Below, piece by piece: positions 1-9,757 of a DNA stretch of 64,000 nucleotides. Each line of letters starts with the position of its first letter. The first letter of the stretch is position 1. The position numbers were made by a program, and so were the translations under genes. The stretch covers positions 32,001 to 96,000 of the IMG/VR virus record IMGVR_UViG_3300037400_006508; one strand, written 5' to 3'. This stretch comes from a virus. Its lineage: Duplodnaviria > Caudoviricetes. The notes beneath the pieces were generated by a model, which worked only from the letters and a program-made list of their open reading frames with translations, did not search any database and was not told where the DNA came from.

Positions 1-15
1 ACGGGAGGAAATTCG

Positions 16-429
16 ATGACGAAGAAAACCACTAGAGAGGCATGCCGGCTGGCGAACGAGGAGGGCGACCAGACCCTGTGCGAGCAAGAGAACTGCCCAT
101 GGTACGGAGACCCGGACGGATGCAACCATCCGACGAGGAACCGCGACGAGGCACCGTACGGCAATGCCGCGGCCATCAGGAATGCCTTGGAGGATCTAGT
201 CTACAACATCGAGATCAGGTCGGCTGCGTACGACATCTTCTCGATCGTCGACAAGAAGACGTGGCTCGACGCAAAGGCGGCTCTGTCGGAGCCGGCTCGC
301 AACTGCGACAGGTTCAGGAACGAAACCGAGGCCGAGGACGCGTACATCAAGGAGCACCCTAACGAAGACGAGCCGGACGCGAACACGTACGGCGGGTGGC
401 TTCTGCACACGGAGAAGAAGCATGACTAG
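16..429 (+). CDS. hypothetical phage protein (Cys-containing N-terminus)
   Basis: GGAGG RBS upstream; overlaps next gene. Confidence 0.75.
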   Translation: MTKKTTREACRLANEEGDQTLCEQENCPWYGDPDGCNHPTRNRDEAPYGNAAAIRNALEDLVYNIEIRSAAYDIFSIVDKKTWLDAKAALSEPARNCDRFRNETEAEDAYIKEHPNEDEPDANTYGGWLLHTEKKHD

Positions 430-862
430 CGAAAACCAATGGAACCGGATCGCCGACGAAGACATCTTCGTCGTAGACGACAAGTCCTGGCTCCGCACGA
501 AACGGGCGAAGGCGCTGAAGTCGCACTTCGACACGTTCTTCAAGATGCGGTACGACGACAAGCCCGAGAAGATCATCGACGAAGCGTGGTTCATCTACCT
601 GGTCCAGATTCTAAGGGACGTCGTGTTCGACACCGGCATCGCGACCCACGTGGATTGGATCCCTGAGAACTTTACGAAGCTCCCGTTCGACAAGGACGTC
701 GGACCGGTTCTGTTCGGGAAGTTCATCTCGTGGTTCACGGGCGAGAGCGCCGGCGACGTATACAAGATGGACGAGGACACGTCGGAGACGGTCCAGGCCG
801 GGATGTACGAAGTTGCAAAGGACTGGTTCAAGTATCTGAAGAAGGACAAGAGAAATGGATGA
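422..862 (+). CDS. hypothetical protein
   Basis: ORF overlapping both neighbours; phage-like codon usage. Confidence 0.75.
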   Translation: MTSENQWNRIADEDIFVVDDKSWLRTKRAKALKSHFDTFFKMRYDDKPEKIIDEAWFIYLVQILRDVVFDTGIATHVDWIPENFTKLPFDKDVGPVLFGKFISWFTGESAGDVYKMDEDTSETVQAGMYEVAKDWFKYLKKDKRNG

Positions 863-1250
863 GATCCTCGATATCGCGGCCATTGCCGTCATCGCGTACA
901 TCCTGTGGCTTCTTCTCAGGAGGAAGTCTGACGCGTACATCTACGTTCCGGAAGGGACGGCAATGGCCGCCTGGCAGTACAAGCAGCTGCCGATGCACGA
1001 GTGCAAGTTCTGCGGTTCTCACGTGAACCTGAACCGGCACCATGTCATCAGCCAGCTGGCCTGTCCCGAGCGCAAGAATGATCCGGACAACCTGATCGTA
1101 CTGTGCCGCTCGTGCCACCAGGTGGTCGGGCACAAGAACAACTGGAAGAAATTCAATCCCTGGGTCGGGGAGATCTGCGAGAAGTACGGCGGACCTCCGG
1201 TCGATTCAAGGGAGTGGAAGGAACAACATTCAACAAAGAAAGGGGAATAG
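855..1250 (+). CDS. HNH endonuclease with N-terminal transmembrane helix
   Basis: CKFC...RHHVI...DNLIVLCRSCHQVVGH motif; hydrophobic IAAIAVIAYILWLLL followed by RRK. Confidence 0.85.
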   Translation: MDEILDIAAIAVIAYILWLLLRRKSDAYIYVPEGTAMAAWQYKQLPMHECKFCGSHVNLNRHHVISQLACPERKNDPDNLIVLCRSCHQVVGHKNNWKKFNPWVGEICEKYGGPPVDSREWKEQHSTKKGE

Positions 1251-1251
1251 G

Positions 1252-1446
1252 ATGGGAAAAACTTCAAAGGAGTACTATACCGAGACGTTCGAGGGCATCA
1301 GGATGTTCGGATGCGGTGTCTTCGGCATGGTGTCCAATCTTGTGGAATGGGGCTACGGAAAAGCCCGCAGCGTTGTTTTTAGCGGCAAGTCTAAGCGAAA
1401 GGAGAAAGTGATCGATGTCGAGGAAGCTTCAATCAGGGAAGGATAA
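1252..1446 (+). CDS. small hypothetical protein
   Basis: Starts 1 nt after upstream TAG. Confidence 0.55.
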   Translation: MGKTSKEYYTETFEGIRMFGCGVFGMVSNLVEWGYGKARSVVFSGKSKRKEKVIDVEEASIREG

Positions 1447-1936
1447 CATCCACAAGGTCGTAAAGGTTGTAAAAAGGGATATCAAGTGCCTGGAATCCGA
1501 CCTGTATGAAAGGTTGAAGAAGACCAACGACATACTTGTCGGCGTCGACGATCTCTTCGGATGCGCGATCATCTACGCCCATTGCACGTTCGACGAGATG
1601 AAGATCTTGTACAAGAAGATCTACGACCAGGACAGCAAGCACGACGAATCTCTTGGATATTGCTTCCACGGTCCTTTCCGCAGAGGCATGGCCATGGCTG
1701 AATTCGTCTGGGTTAGCTCGGAGCGCAACGAGCGCAACGACGCCGTACCGACCTTCATGCACGAAATATCCCATATGGCGGACAACATCATAACGTCCGC
1801 CTGTGTGAACGACAGAAGCGGTGAAGTCCGTGCAAACATCGTAGAAAGGGAGTCAAGGAAGGTCCTACTCCATTTCTTCGGCATAGACTGCGCACCGGTC
1901 ATTGGAGAAAAAGAGACAAAGGAGGCATTCGAATGA
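1415..1936 (+). CDS. HExxH zincin-like protein
   Basis: FMHEISH motif with downstream Glu (GEVRA). Confidence 0.6.
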   Translation: MSRKLQSGKDNIHKVVKVVKRDIKCLESDLYERLKKTNDILVGVDDLFGCAIIYAHCTFDEMKILYKKIYDQDSKHDESLGYCFHGPFRRGMAMAEFVWVSSERNERNDAVPTFMHEISHMADNIITSACVNDRSGEVRANIVERESRKVLLHFFGIDCAPVIGEKETKEAFE

Positions 1937-2691
1937 CAGCACCTGGATTCGTGAAAGGATACAGCGTACCGCCGCCATCTGGAGACAAGGTTAAGCCTTG
2001 GATCGACTACAAGGCTGCGAAGAAGGCCGAGGAGCGAAAGCACGACGACAAGGTCGCCGAAGCCGAAAAACAGATCGGCATCGCTGCGGGCGCATCGAAG
2101 GACGCTCCGTTGGTCGAATCGGCACAGACGGTCGCGAGGAAGCTCGGCGCATACGGTCCGGTGACGATCGACGACGTGATCCGGGAGATGGAGCGTCTAG
2201 GATGGAGGAACATCCGCGGCACAGAGGGCGGAAAGGCCAAGAACTGGAAGGGTTCCGTGTTCGCAAGCTCGGAATGGGCTTGCGTCGGATCCATCTCGTC
2301 CAGGGACAAGACCGCCCACGGACGGCACGTCCGCCAGTGGGCCCTTAAGTCGTGGCTGAAGGACCACCCGGTGAACGGAACCAACAGCGAGGCGTCCGCG
2401 TTCTCGCTGTGGAGGCTGTACCAGGAGGCCGCCCACTTCTACCCGGCCGGCACGGAACTTGCTTTCATTCTGGGCAGGTCTATGCTAGACTCGTCGTTCG
2501 ACACGCTGGTGGCCGGAAACAACATCCGCTACCGGCAGGACGGAAGCGCAGCAAAGCTGAACATGGACTTGTACGGATGCAGGGTCTACGTGGTCAACGG
2601 GATCGGCGCGACCGTCATGCCGGTGCGAGGCCTCGAGAACGAGATCCGCCAGATCGGCATAGAACACGACATCGCCAGCAGAGAAGACTGA
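1933..2691 (+). CDS. hypothetical protein, possible winged-helix domain
   Basis: GPVTIDDV...GSVF...AHGRHVRQW pattern reminiscent of phage wHTH proteins; ATGA overlap. Confidence 0.6.
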   Translation: MTAPGFVKGYSVPPPSGDKVKPWIDYKAAKKAEERKHDDKVAEAEKQIGIAAGASKDAPLVESAQTVARKLGAYGPVTIDDVIREMERLGWRNIRGTEGGKAKNWKGSVFASSEWACVGSISSRDKTAHGRHVRQWALKSWLKDHPVNGTNSEASAFSLWRLYQEAAHFYPAGTELAFILGRSMLDSSFDTLVAGNNIRYRQDGSAAKLNMDLYGCRVYVVNGIGATVMPVRGLENEIRQIGIEHDIASRED

Positions 2692-2692
2692 A

Positions 2693-3082
2693 ATGTACAC
2701 GGACTTCAAATCGCTGAGGAAGGCGTACGACAACGACGAGCTGAGCGTGTGGGAGTACCAGAAGTACTTCTCCGGCCTTTTCGGTACCGTCAACCCGGGG
2801 TACCCGGATTTCAGCGACCAATACGTCAAATCCGTCTGCAAGGCGGCCGATCCGGACCGAAAAGGCTCGCCCAGCCAGCCTAGATGGATCATCGTCATGT
2901 TCGAATGCAACACGTACGGTGAGATAGTCCGTCCGCTTGGTGCGTCGTCGTTCCGAACGAAGACCGACGCCATGTCCTTCTTGAACAGGAAGCAGCAGGA
3001 AGGCGGCAGGTTCATAACATCGTCGTCGCTTGTGTCCGAGTACAGAAGATACGACATGTTCAAGGAGGACAAGCTGCAATGA
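2693..3082 (+). CDS. hypothetical protein
   Basis: ORF fills gap; ATGA overlap with next gene. Confidence 0.7.
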   Translation: MYTDFKSLRKAYDNDELSVWEYQKYFSGLFGTVNPGYPDFSDQYVKSVCKAADPDRKGSPSQPRWIIVMFECNTYGEIVRPLGASSFRTKTDAMSFLNRKQQEGGRFITSSSLVSEYRRYDMFKEDKLQ

Positions 3083-4515
3083 GCCCATTCATGGAAAGGC
3101 GGAGCGAACGGGTGTCAAAGCTCTATGAGTCCCTCCTTTCCATGGAGGGAATGACGGCATGCTTTCCCACGAAGTGGTGGCCGAACGCCGACATACCGGA
3201 ATTCGAGCCGCTGCATCCCGAGGTGTGCACGGACGTCGACAAGATGTGGAGGTACGCCCTGACGGCGCCATACTGCCAGGGATCCACCGTGAAGATATTC
3301 GACAGGAAGTCCGTGCCAGCCATGGAATCGGTGAACACCGACTGGGAGTCGATCCTGCAGGGGCTGAACCATGTCGGACGGCCGTCCGGCGGAGGCGAGT
3401 TCATGCGTCCTACCGGAAGGTGGACCATGGACCTGGTCAATACGCCGGACGGCTACAGGATCCTGGAGGCCGCGCATGCCCTGCACCACATGAGGGAGCT
3501 GGCATGCGACGGGCCGGACGGGTTTCTGGAATGCCTGGCCGAGATCGCGTTCGCAAAGCGGTACGGAGTCACGTTCTGGTGTCCGACGGAGGAGGACATA
3601 CGAAACAGGTTCGACGGGTCGTACAGGCACGCCGGATCCTGGTTCGACTCCGAAGGCGCCAGGATGGTGGTGTCCACCAACATACGAAAGCCGTGGCTGT
3701 CCGTAGGCGCGGTCGGACAAGGAGGGCTCGAGTTCGGAAGGACAAGGGTCGCGATACTGTCCGGCATACACCTGGAGCCGCAGCCGTGGAGTACGCGTGA
3801 GGACAACCCGAACGACGCGGACGAAACGTGGCTGGAGATGAACAGATGGTCGTGCCTGCCGTCCATCGTGACGCTGTGCGGCTGGATGTTCGTCGACGAG
3901 CTGCTGAAGATGCCGCTTGTCGGAAGATACGGGGATTCCAGCCGCGGAGACGTGATGTTCACGTGCCCCGTTACAAGGCTGGACGGTCCGTCGACCATCG
4001 ACGAGTACATGTCGGAGCGGTCCGTGCTGGAGGACAACGACCGAGGTATCTGGAAGCTGGGATCCTTTATGGAACACCGGCTTCCGGTCATCGAGCGTTG
4101 CATACCGCCGTTCCCGTGCATGGACTGCTTCAGGCTGAACATGGCATCTGAAGGCGCTCCTACGAGGCCCATGCATGCAAGGCCGGAAAAGGGCTCCGGC
4201 GATGCCGAGGCGGACGCCGAATGGAAGGCGTACGACGACAAGGTCGCAAAGATCGTCCGTGTGGTAGAGAAGGCCTGCGCGTTCCACGACATAAGGTTCA
4301 AGTACAAGACCGGCGGCGGTGCCGAGCGAAGGTCGAGAAGATCCAAGTGGCGCAAGCTAAAGGGCCTTTCGGAGAAGATAGACAGCTCGATGCGAAGGGT
4401 TGAACGTGCATACGCCAAAAGCTTCTATTCAAAAGCGGAGGCAGAGATGGAGGCTGTAGACGCAATGCTGGAAGAAATGACTAAAACGATAGGAGGAACT
4501 AGTGAAAACGATTGA
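3079..4515 (+). CDS. hypothetical protein (478 aa)
   Basis: Long ORF with typical codon usage; no motif confidently recognised. Confidence 0.75.
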   Translation: MSPFMERRSERVSKLYESLLSMEGMTACFPTKWWPNADIPEFEPLHPEVCTDVDKMWRYALTAPYCQGSTVKIFDRKSVPAMESVNTDWESILQGLNHVGRPSGGGEFMRPTGRWTMDLVNTPDGYRILEAAHALHHMRELACDGPDGFLECLAEIAFAKRYGVTFWCPTEEDIRNRFDGSYRHAGSWFDSEGARMVVSTNIRKPWLSVGAVGQGGLEFGRTRVAILSGIHLEPQPWSTREDNPNDADETWLEMNRWSCLPSIVTLCGWMFVDELLKMPLVGRYGDSSRGDVMFTCPVTRLDGPSTIDEYMSERSVLEDNDRGIWKLGSFMEHRLPVIERCIPPFPCMDCFRLNMASEGAPTRPMHARPEKGSGDAEADAEWKAYDDKVAKIVRVVEKACAFHDIRFKYKTGGGAERRSRRSKWRKLKGLSEKIDSSMRRVERAYAKSFYSKAEAEMEAVDAMLEEMTKTIGGTSEND

Positions 4516-4780
4516 ACAGATCATAAAAGACATGCGGGCTGCGGCAACGGACTCGTACGCGGCCAAGATCGCGAAAGAACTCGAAGATCGCGTAGCTGAC
4601 GCCGTGACGGTCAGGCAGGCGGCAGTCTGCCTGCGGGACGACGACAAGGCGATCCTAGACTGGGCCGACGAGCTGGAGAAGGCGCTGAATCGTATAAAGA
4701 AGACGATCGGCCATCTCCAGAACGACAGCATGAAGAGCATGGCGGAGGTCCGCCGTGTTGCCAACAGCATCAAACTGTAA
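4502..4780 (+). CDS. hypothetical coiled-coil protein
   Basis: AGGAGG RBS, GTG start. Confidence 0.7.
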   Translation: MKTIEQIIKDMRAAATDSYAAKIAKELEDRVADAVTVRQAAVCLRDDDKAILDWADELEKALNRIKKTIGHLQNDSMKSMAEVRRVANSIKL

Positions 4781-4789
4781 GGAGTTGAA

Positions 4790-5071
4790 ATGGACGATTT
4801 CGATGAGGAGAAGAAGGCCGAGCAGGAGCTGCTCGAATTCGACAGGAAGATCTACAACGACATCACGGACGTGTTCACGAAGCACGGGCTGCAGTACCGA
4901 GACGCGCAGGCCGCGTACGACAAGCTGACCGGTATCCGGGCGTCGATGGAGGGGTTCTCGGTGCCGGGGTACTCTTGCAAGCGGTACTTCGTCGAGAACC
5001 TCGTCGAGGTGATCCAGGATCTTGCCGACGCCATGAACGCCATGAGGAAGGGGAAGTCCGATGAGCAGTGA
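4790..5071 (+). CDS. hypothetical protein
   Basis: AAGGAG RBS. Confidence 0.75.
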   Translation: MDDFDEEKKAEQELLEFDRKIYNDITDVFTKHGLQYRDAQAAYDKLTGIRASMEGFSVPGYSCKRYFVENLVEVIQDLADAMNAMRKGKSDEQ

Positions 5072-5306
5072 TCCGAAGCACCTGTGGTTCGACTGGGTCT
5101 TCCTGGTCACTGTCGGGCTTTTCGTCGGGGCTATCGTGGCGACGGTGCTGGACGCCATCTTCCTGTACAAGTTCACGAGAATCATCGTGGCTTGCCTGGG
5201 AGGAGGGGTCTGCGGGATCCTGGCCATGTCGATCGCGGAGGATATCAACATCGAGTTCCGTTGCAGCCGGAAGGACAAGGAGGATAAAGATGGACAACGA
5301 TCTTAG
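5061..5306 (+). CDS. small membrane protein (2 TM)
   Basis: Two hydrophobic stretches. Confidence 0.65.
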   Translation: MSSDPKHLWFDWVFLVTVGLFVGAIVATVLDAIFLYKFTRIIVACLGGGVCGILAMSIAEDINIEFRCSRKDKEDKDGQRS

Positions 5307-5712
5307 CACGCTGTTCGTGAAGCGGTTTGCCGTCGATTCCAGCCTGTCGTTGCCGAACGTGGACGCCGTGTACATCCGGACCCTTCTGGAGAACGGGTCG
5401 TACAAGGAGGCCTGCGAAAAGCTGATCGACTACTATGGGGAGAACTCCGTGACGGCTCTGAACTGGAAGATCCATGATCTGAAGGACGAGCTGGAGCAGG
5501 TCGGAAACGAGTGCTACGATCTGCGTCGAAGCAACGAAGCGGAGCACCGGGAGAAGGTCCGGTTCTGGGAGAAGGCCGAGCAGGCCGCAAGGCTTGTTCG
5601 GCGCTTCCTTGACTTCGACATACGCGGAAGTTCCCTGGACTGCATTCCGATGCGTGAGCTTCTGGAAGACGCGGAAACGTTCATCAACAATAACAAGGAG
5701 CTGCTGTCATGA
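5290..5712 (+). CDS. hypothetical coiled-coil protein
   Basis: Start moved to ATG 5290 after AGGAGG RBS. Confidence 0.7.
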   Translation: MDNDLSTLFVKRFAVDSSLSLPNVDAVYIRTLLENGSYKEACEKLIDYYGENSVTALNWKIHDLKDELEQVGNECYDLRRSNEAEHREKVRFWEKAEQAARLVRRFLDFDIRGSSLDCIPMRELLEDAETFINNNKELLS

Positions 5713-5993
5713 AGGACATCGATGAAAACGTAAGGGACGCGGTCGATCAAGGCAGATGGTTCGCTGGCTGCAACACATGCGTCGTCGTGGACAAGAAGGA
5801 GAATTGGTGGAAGCTGATACTCCATGGCCACGAGATCGCCAACGGACACTACGACGATCATGGCAGGAAGGTGGTGGACCATGCCACGTTCGCAGGGTTC
5901 TACACCAACGTGACGATTCGCCGCCTCAATGCGATCGGGGTCGATACGAAGGCACTGGCCAAGAAGGAAAAGGTCGGTAAATACGAAGAATAG
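5709..5993 (+). CDS. hypothetical protein
   Basis: ATGA overlap, AAGGAG RBS. Confidence 0.7.
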   Translation: MKDIDENVRDAVDQGRWFAGCNTCVVVDKKENWWKLILHGHEIANGHYDDHGRKVVDHATFAGFYTNVTIRRLNAIGVDTKALAKKEKVGKYEE

Positions 5994-6002
5994 GAGGAAA
6001 AC

Positions 6003-6434
6003 ATGAGCACAAGATCAAGAATCGGGTACGTGGAGAAAGACGGTTCCGTCGTCTCCATCTACTCTCACTGGGACGGCTATCCGTCCCATCACGGGACCAT
6101 TTTGCTGAACCACTACAAGACTCTCAGCAAGGTGAAGAGCCTGGTGAAGCTCGGGGCTATCTCGTCGCTCGGAACAAAGGTTTCCACAAAGAAGCCGCAC
6201 ACGTTCGACCGTCCGCAGGCGGACGTCACTGTGGCGTACCACCGGGACCGGGGCGAAGACTTCGAGCAAATCAAGTACAATGGTGTTGACGAGTTCGTCC
6301 ACGGGGATATCGACGAGTGGGGATACCTCTTCAAGGACGGAAAGTGGTACGTCGTCGACGGAAGCGCGAACGTGGACTGCCGCAAGCTGTTCGAGCTGAC
6401 CAAGAACTTCATCAAGTCTACCGAGGCCTGGTGA
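6003..6434 (+). CDS. conserved phage protein of unknown function (MSTRSRIG...YxHWDGYP family)
   Basis: Motif MSTRSRIG...SIYSHWDGYP; AGGAGG RBS. Confidence 0.8.
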   Translation: MSTRSRIGYVEKDGSVVSIYSHWDGYPSHHGTILLNHYKTLSKVKSLVKLGAISSLGTKVSTKKPHTFDRPQADVTVAYHRDRGEDFEQIKYNGVDEFVHGDIDEWGYLFKDGKWYVVDGSANVDCRKLFELTKNFIKSTEAW

Positions 6435-6715
6435 TGACCTTTGACGAAGAGAAAAAGTTCAAGGAGTCCGTGAACTTCCGGCAGGTCGAGCGTTGCTGCG
6501 GAACCTGCTGGTGGTTTGACAGGAACTACGAGAACGCCGGATGCCGCCATCCGAGGCAGGCCGAGTTCGACTCGTACGAGCAGGAGCTTCGAAAAAACAT
6601 GCCGGACTATACTCCGGAAACGTACGGAGCGTACGGCGGGGCTGAAACGGACGAGGGTCACGTGTGTAACCTATGGGAGAAAAACACTAAGACCGAACGA
6701 GGAGAAAAGCAATGA
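6434..6715 (+). CDS. small Cys-rich (putative Zn-binding) protein
   Basis: CCGTC...C...HVC; TGATG overlap. Confidence 0.7.
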   Translation: MTFDEEKKFKESVNFRQVERCCGTCWWFDRNYENAGCRHPRQAEFDSYEQELRKNMPDYTPETYGAYGGAETDEGHVCNLWEKNTKTERGEKQ

Positions 6716-6921
6716 CACTAGACGAATGGTTCGAAAAGAACAAGTCTCCGATTGACGACGGGGACATCTGCGCCCCTCCGATGTCGGTCGACGACGCTGC
6801 GTCCGTGCTGGTCACGGAGCTGTTCGACGACGACTTCCTGATCGGGTATCCTGGCAATGCCGGGCAGATCATGACGGAGGTCGTTTGCGCGATCGTGAAG
6901 AAGTACGGGAGGAAGAAATGA
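6712..6921 (+). CDS. hypothetical protein
   Basis: GAGGAG RBS, ATGA overlap. Confidence 0.7.
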   Translation: MTLDEWFEKNKSPIDDGDICAPPMSVDDAASVLVTELFDDDFLIGYPGNAGQIMTEVVCAIVKKYGRKK

Positions 6922-7196
6922 CCACTGAGGGTGGTGCCGAACTGACGGAGTTCGAGGAGTCCTGCGTGAAATCCATGCAGCGTCTCGCTCGCAAATGGAA
7001 CTCCAAGCCGAACCGTCTGTGGCTGTATTCGGCCGGCGGCTCGCTGTTCGTGATGCTGCACAGCGGCGACGGCAACGATGAGCCGGATCTGCGGCCGGAG
7101 ATCGACGGTGTCACCGGATGTACACACGGCGGCGGTCTGAATCCGAACAATGCCGTTTGCAAGATCGACATCGAAAACGACGGAGGTGACTGGTAA
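6918..7196 (+). CDS. hypothetical protein
   Basis: ATGA overlap; GGAGG RBS. Confidence 0.7.
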   Translation: MTTEGGAELTEFEESCVKSMQRLARKWNSKPNRLWLYSAGGSLFVMLHSGDGNDEPDLRPEIDGVTGCTHGGGLNPNNAVCKIDIENDGGDW

Positions 7197-7564
7197 TGAG
7201 ACAACCATGCCTACAGTGCCTTCTAAAGCACATCGGAAACGCGGCCGTCCTAATCGAGGAGGTCGAGGACGGCTACCCGTACTCTCACATGGTAATTGGA
7301 CACCTTGATCAGGCGGCGCAAGAGATCCGGGGCTACTCGAAGGAGTTTGCCCTGGTGATCCGGGCCCACCGGATCAAGTGGCAGCAGGACCACGACTACT
7401 CCATCCCGTTCGAGGCCTTTGACAGGTACGTCGGAGATCTAGAGCTTCTAGGGGACCTGGACAACAAGGGAATGTTCCCGCATGTGCCCGAGGACTGCTA
7501 CGAGGGGCTGGACAAGCTCGCGTCCGGCGACGGGTACAATCTAATGACGGGAGACCAGCGATGA
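7196..7564 (+). CDS. CxxCxxKH helical protein (probable paralog of 53416-53844)
   Basis: CLQCLLKH...IGHLDQA; TAATG overlap. Confidence 0.75.
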   Translation: MRQPCLQCLLKHIGNAAVLIEEVEDGYPYSHMVIGHLDQAAQEIRGYSKEFALVIRAHRIKWQQDHDYSIPFEAFDRYVGDLELLGDLDNKGMFPHVPEDCYEGLDKLASGDGYNLMTGDQR

Positions 7565-7598
7565 CGAAGTAACGCTTCTCGGAAAAAAGGTTGTAAAA

Positions 7599-7937
7599 AT
7601 GAGACATTACAAGGAAACGGTCGAAATCGACAAGGAGACCAGCGACTGGCTCAAGCACCTTCTCTCGTACGAGGAGATGACGGAAGAGGACTTCGAGAAG
7701 GAGGAGATCGGTTGGGACAGGACCATCTACGAGGAAACCGTCGAGTTCAAGGATGGGAAGCAAGCTGACATCAAGGTCTGCAGCGGGCAGCACAACCTCT
7801 GGGCCGAGGCTGTACTGTTCTCGAAGGACGGCGACGAGCTTTGCTTTACCGACCCTGAGTTCGATGGCATCGTCGGAGAGTGGCATATGCAGACCGGAAG
7901 CGCGAAGTACACAATCACCGTAAAGGAGGTAGCATGA
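7599..7937 (+). CDS. hypothetical acidic protein
   Basis: ORF with typical codon usage. Confidence 0.75.
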   Translation: MRHYKETVEIDKETSDWLKHLLSYEEMTEEDFEKEEIGWDRTIYEETVEFKDGKQADIKVCSGQHNLWAEAVLFSKDGDELCFTDPEFDGIVGEWHMQTGSAKYTITVKEVA

Positions 7938-8290
7938 CATATAAAGATTGGAAGAAGCTGAAGATGACGATAGTTCAGCTTGAAAGCATGGCCGGAGGAA
8001 TACTTCGTCTCGATGACGTGAAAATCTTCGACGAAAAATGCCGCCACCCGTACTTCCATGTGACGTGCAGCTGGTACGAGATCGACGAGCTGGAAAGGCT
8101 GTGGAAGGAGCTTGGAAAGATTCCCGTTTCGTCCGATGACAGGCTGCAGGAACGGTTCCACGCGATTGGCGTTATGTTCGAGAAGGGAACAAAGGTCGAG
8201 GACGTGTGGCACTGGTTCGACGAGCGGCACCCGTTCGGCGTCAAGTACCTGATGTACGGTGTCCGAGACGCCAGCAAGGAGGCGACGTGA
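7934..8290 (+). CDS. hypothetical protein
   Basis: AAGGAGGT RBS, ATG 7934. Confidence 0.75.
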   Translation: MTYKDWKKLKMTIVQLESMAGGILRLDDVKIFDEKCRHPYFHVTCSWYEIDELERLWKELGKIPVSSDDRLQERFHAIGVMFEKGTKVEDVWHWFDERHPFGVKYLMYGVRDASKEAT

Positions 8291-8550
8291 GCAACAAGGT
8301 GGAGGTAAGCGAGGAGTTGAAGGACATCTTGTCCGACGAGTTCTGCAACAAGGAATTCCTCGTAAAGGCGTTCGACAAGGCGGTTCGCAAATATGCGGTT
8401 GACATCGGTCTGCTACACGACTGGTACATTACCTCCGTGTCGCAACGCGACGAACCGGTGTGGACCGACAAGCACTTGAAAGAGCTTATGTCCGACTTCT
8501 ACCTCATACCCAGGGACATCAGCGACCGATACAAGGGATCGAAGAAATGA
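8287..8550 (+). CDS. hypothetical protein
   Basis: GTGA overlap, AAGGAGG RBS. Confidence 0.65.
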   Translation: MSNKVEVSEELKDILSDEFCNKEFLVKAFDKAVRKYAVDIGLLHDWYITSVSQRDEPVWTDKHLKELMSDFYLIPRDISDRYKGSKK

Positions 8551-8909
8551 ACAAGAAGTTCTACGAGGACGCGATCCGGGACTACGCGAAGAAGCACCGG
8601 ATCCGCCTGCTGTACCCTGACCCGAATCCGGGCCGCAACAAGGGAGGGCAGTGCAGACGGACGGTCTGGCTCGGTGAGTACGACGACGGCGAGGAGCTCG
8701 CCGCGGCGTTCTTCCACGAGGTCGGCCACATCCGAGACGAGCGCACGAAGACAGGGAGGAATCACCGAGTGACGAGGTTCGAGCACGAGCTGAGGGCATG
8801 GGTCTTCGGGTTCGAGAGGATGCATGTGTTCGGAATTGACGCCACAAAGCGGATGCACCGCTACCTGACGAGGTGCCTGGAAAGCTACAACAGGGAGGAA
8901 AATCAATGA
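8547..8909 (+). CDS. HExxH metallopeptidase-like protein (ImmA/IrrE-like zincin)
   Basis: FFHEVGH...EHELRAW; start moved to ATG 8547. Confidence 0.7.
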   Translation: MNKKFYEDAIRDYAKKHRIRLLYPDPNPGRNKGGQCRRTVWLGEYDDGEELAAAFFHEVGHIRDERTKTGRNHRVTRFEHELRAWVFGFERMHVFGIDATKRMHRYLTRCLESYNREENQ

Positions 8910-9190
8910 TCAACATTAAAGAAATGTCGTTCACGCAGTCCCGCGAGTTCGAGGCTTACCTGCAGGCGGTCGCTTCCTTGGAGGCGGCCGCCCGCGGCGT
9001 AAACGCGGCCGCGAACGAGTTGTTCTCCTGCGAACACGGTACGTCCGAGGTGCAGGAGGACCTGCGGAAGCTGTCAGACGAGATCCGCGCGAAGGAGCTC
9101 AAGGTCATGGAACTGTGCATCAGCTACAAGACGTGCCAGGAGCTCGCCAAGAATGTGGAGATTAAACTGAAGAAAGGGACCAGGAAATGA
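8906..9190 (+). CDS. hypothetical coiled-coil protein
   Basis: GGAGG RBS; ATGA overlap. Confidence 0.7.
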   Translation: MINIKEMSFTQSREFEAYLQAVASLEAAARGVNAAANELFSCEHGTSEVQEDLRKLSDEIRAKELKVMELCISYKTCQELAKNVEIKLKKGTRK

Positions 9191-9492
9191 TGTACAAACA
9201 GAACAAAGACGCCGATACGAAGCTGATCAAGTTCACGGACAAGGACCCGGAGGGCCTTGGAGACACTCCTGACGTGACCATGTACGTGAAGTTCCGGTTC
9301 GACCTATCGTGGGGGCAGATCGATTCCATACACGAAGCGGCCGAATACGTGGGTTACGCCGACTTTCCAACGTTCGCCGACTGGATCGAAGCCGTGATCG
9401 AAAAGGCCAGGAAGGACGATTCGTGGAAGAACGACAAGAAGAACCGTTGGGAGTTCTGGGATCCGGACCCCTGCCTGGAAGTGGAGGTGTAG
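9187..9492 (+). CDS. hypothetical protein (probable paralog of 13651-13908)
   Basis: Shared F-x-(D/E)-W and W-x-F-x3-DPC motifs. Confidence 0.7.
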   Translation: MMYKQNKDADTKLIKFTDKDPEGLGDTPDVTMYVKFRFDLSWGQIDSIHEAAEYVGYADFPTFADWIEAVIEKARKDDSWKNDKKNRWEFWDPDPCLEVEV

Positions 9493-9493
9493 C

Positions 9494-9757
9494 ATGGCAA
9501 ACATCAAATTCGGAGACGAGGAAACCCACGAAAGGTTTCACAGGTGCGTCAACCTTCCGGTCGACGACGGTAAGATGACGTTGTCCCAGTGGATCATGTG
9601 GAAGCTGTCCGGTTACAACTGGGACGATACCGTCACGCTGTACTACGACCCGTACGAGGAGAACTGGTTCGCGTTCGTGACACGCGACAAGGACGGCAAC
9701 AAGATCATCAACGGCGGTCTCATCTACCGCGACAACGGGTGGGAGAGCCACACATGA
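9494..9757 (+). CDS. DUF4120-like protein
   Basis: LYYD...F...NGGLIY...W-x-x-HT C-terminus; GGAGGT RBS. Confidence 0.6.
   Translation: MANIKFGDEETHERFHRCVNLPVDDGKMTLSQWIMWKLSGYNWDDTVTLYYDPYEENWFAFVTRDKDGNKIINGGLIYRDNGWESHT

Noticed and set aside
3079-4515. PD-(D/E)xK nuclease call from LAEIAFAKRYG
   Set aside because: Downstream catalytic D and ExK residues are not identifiable.
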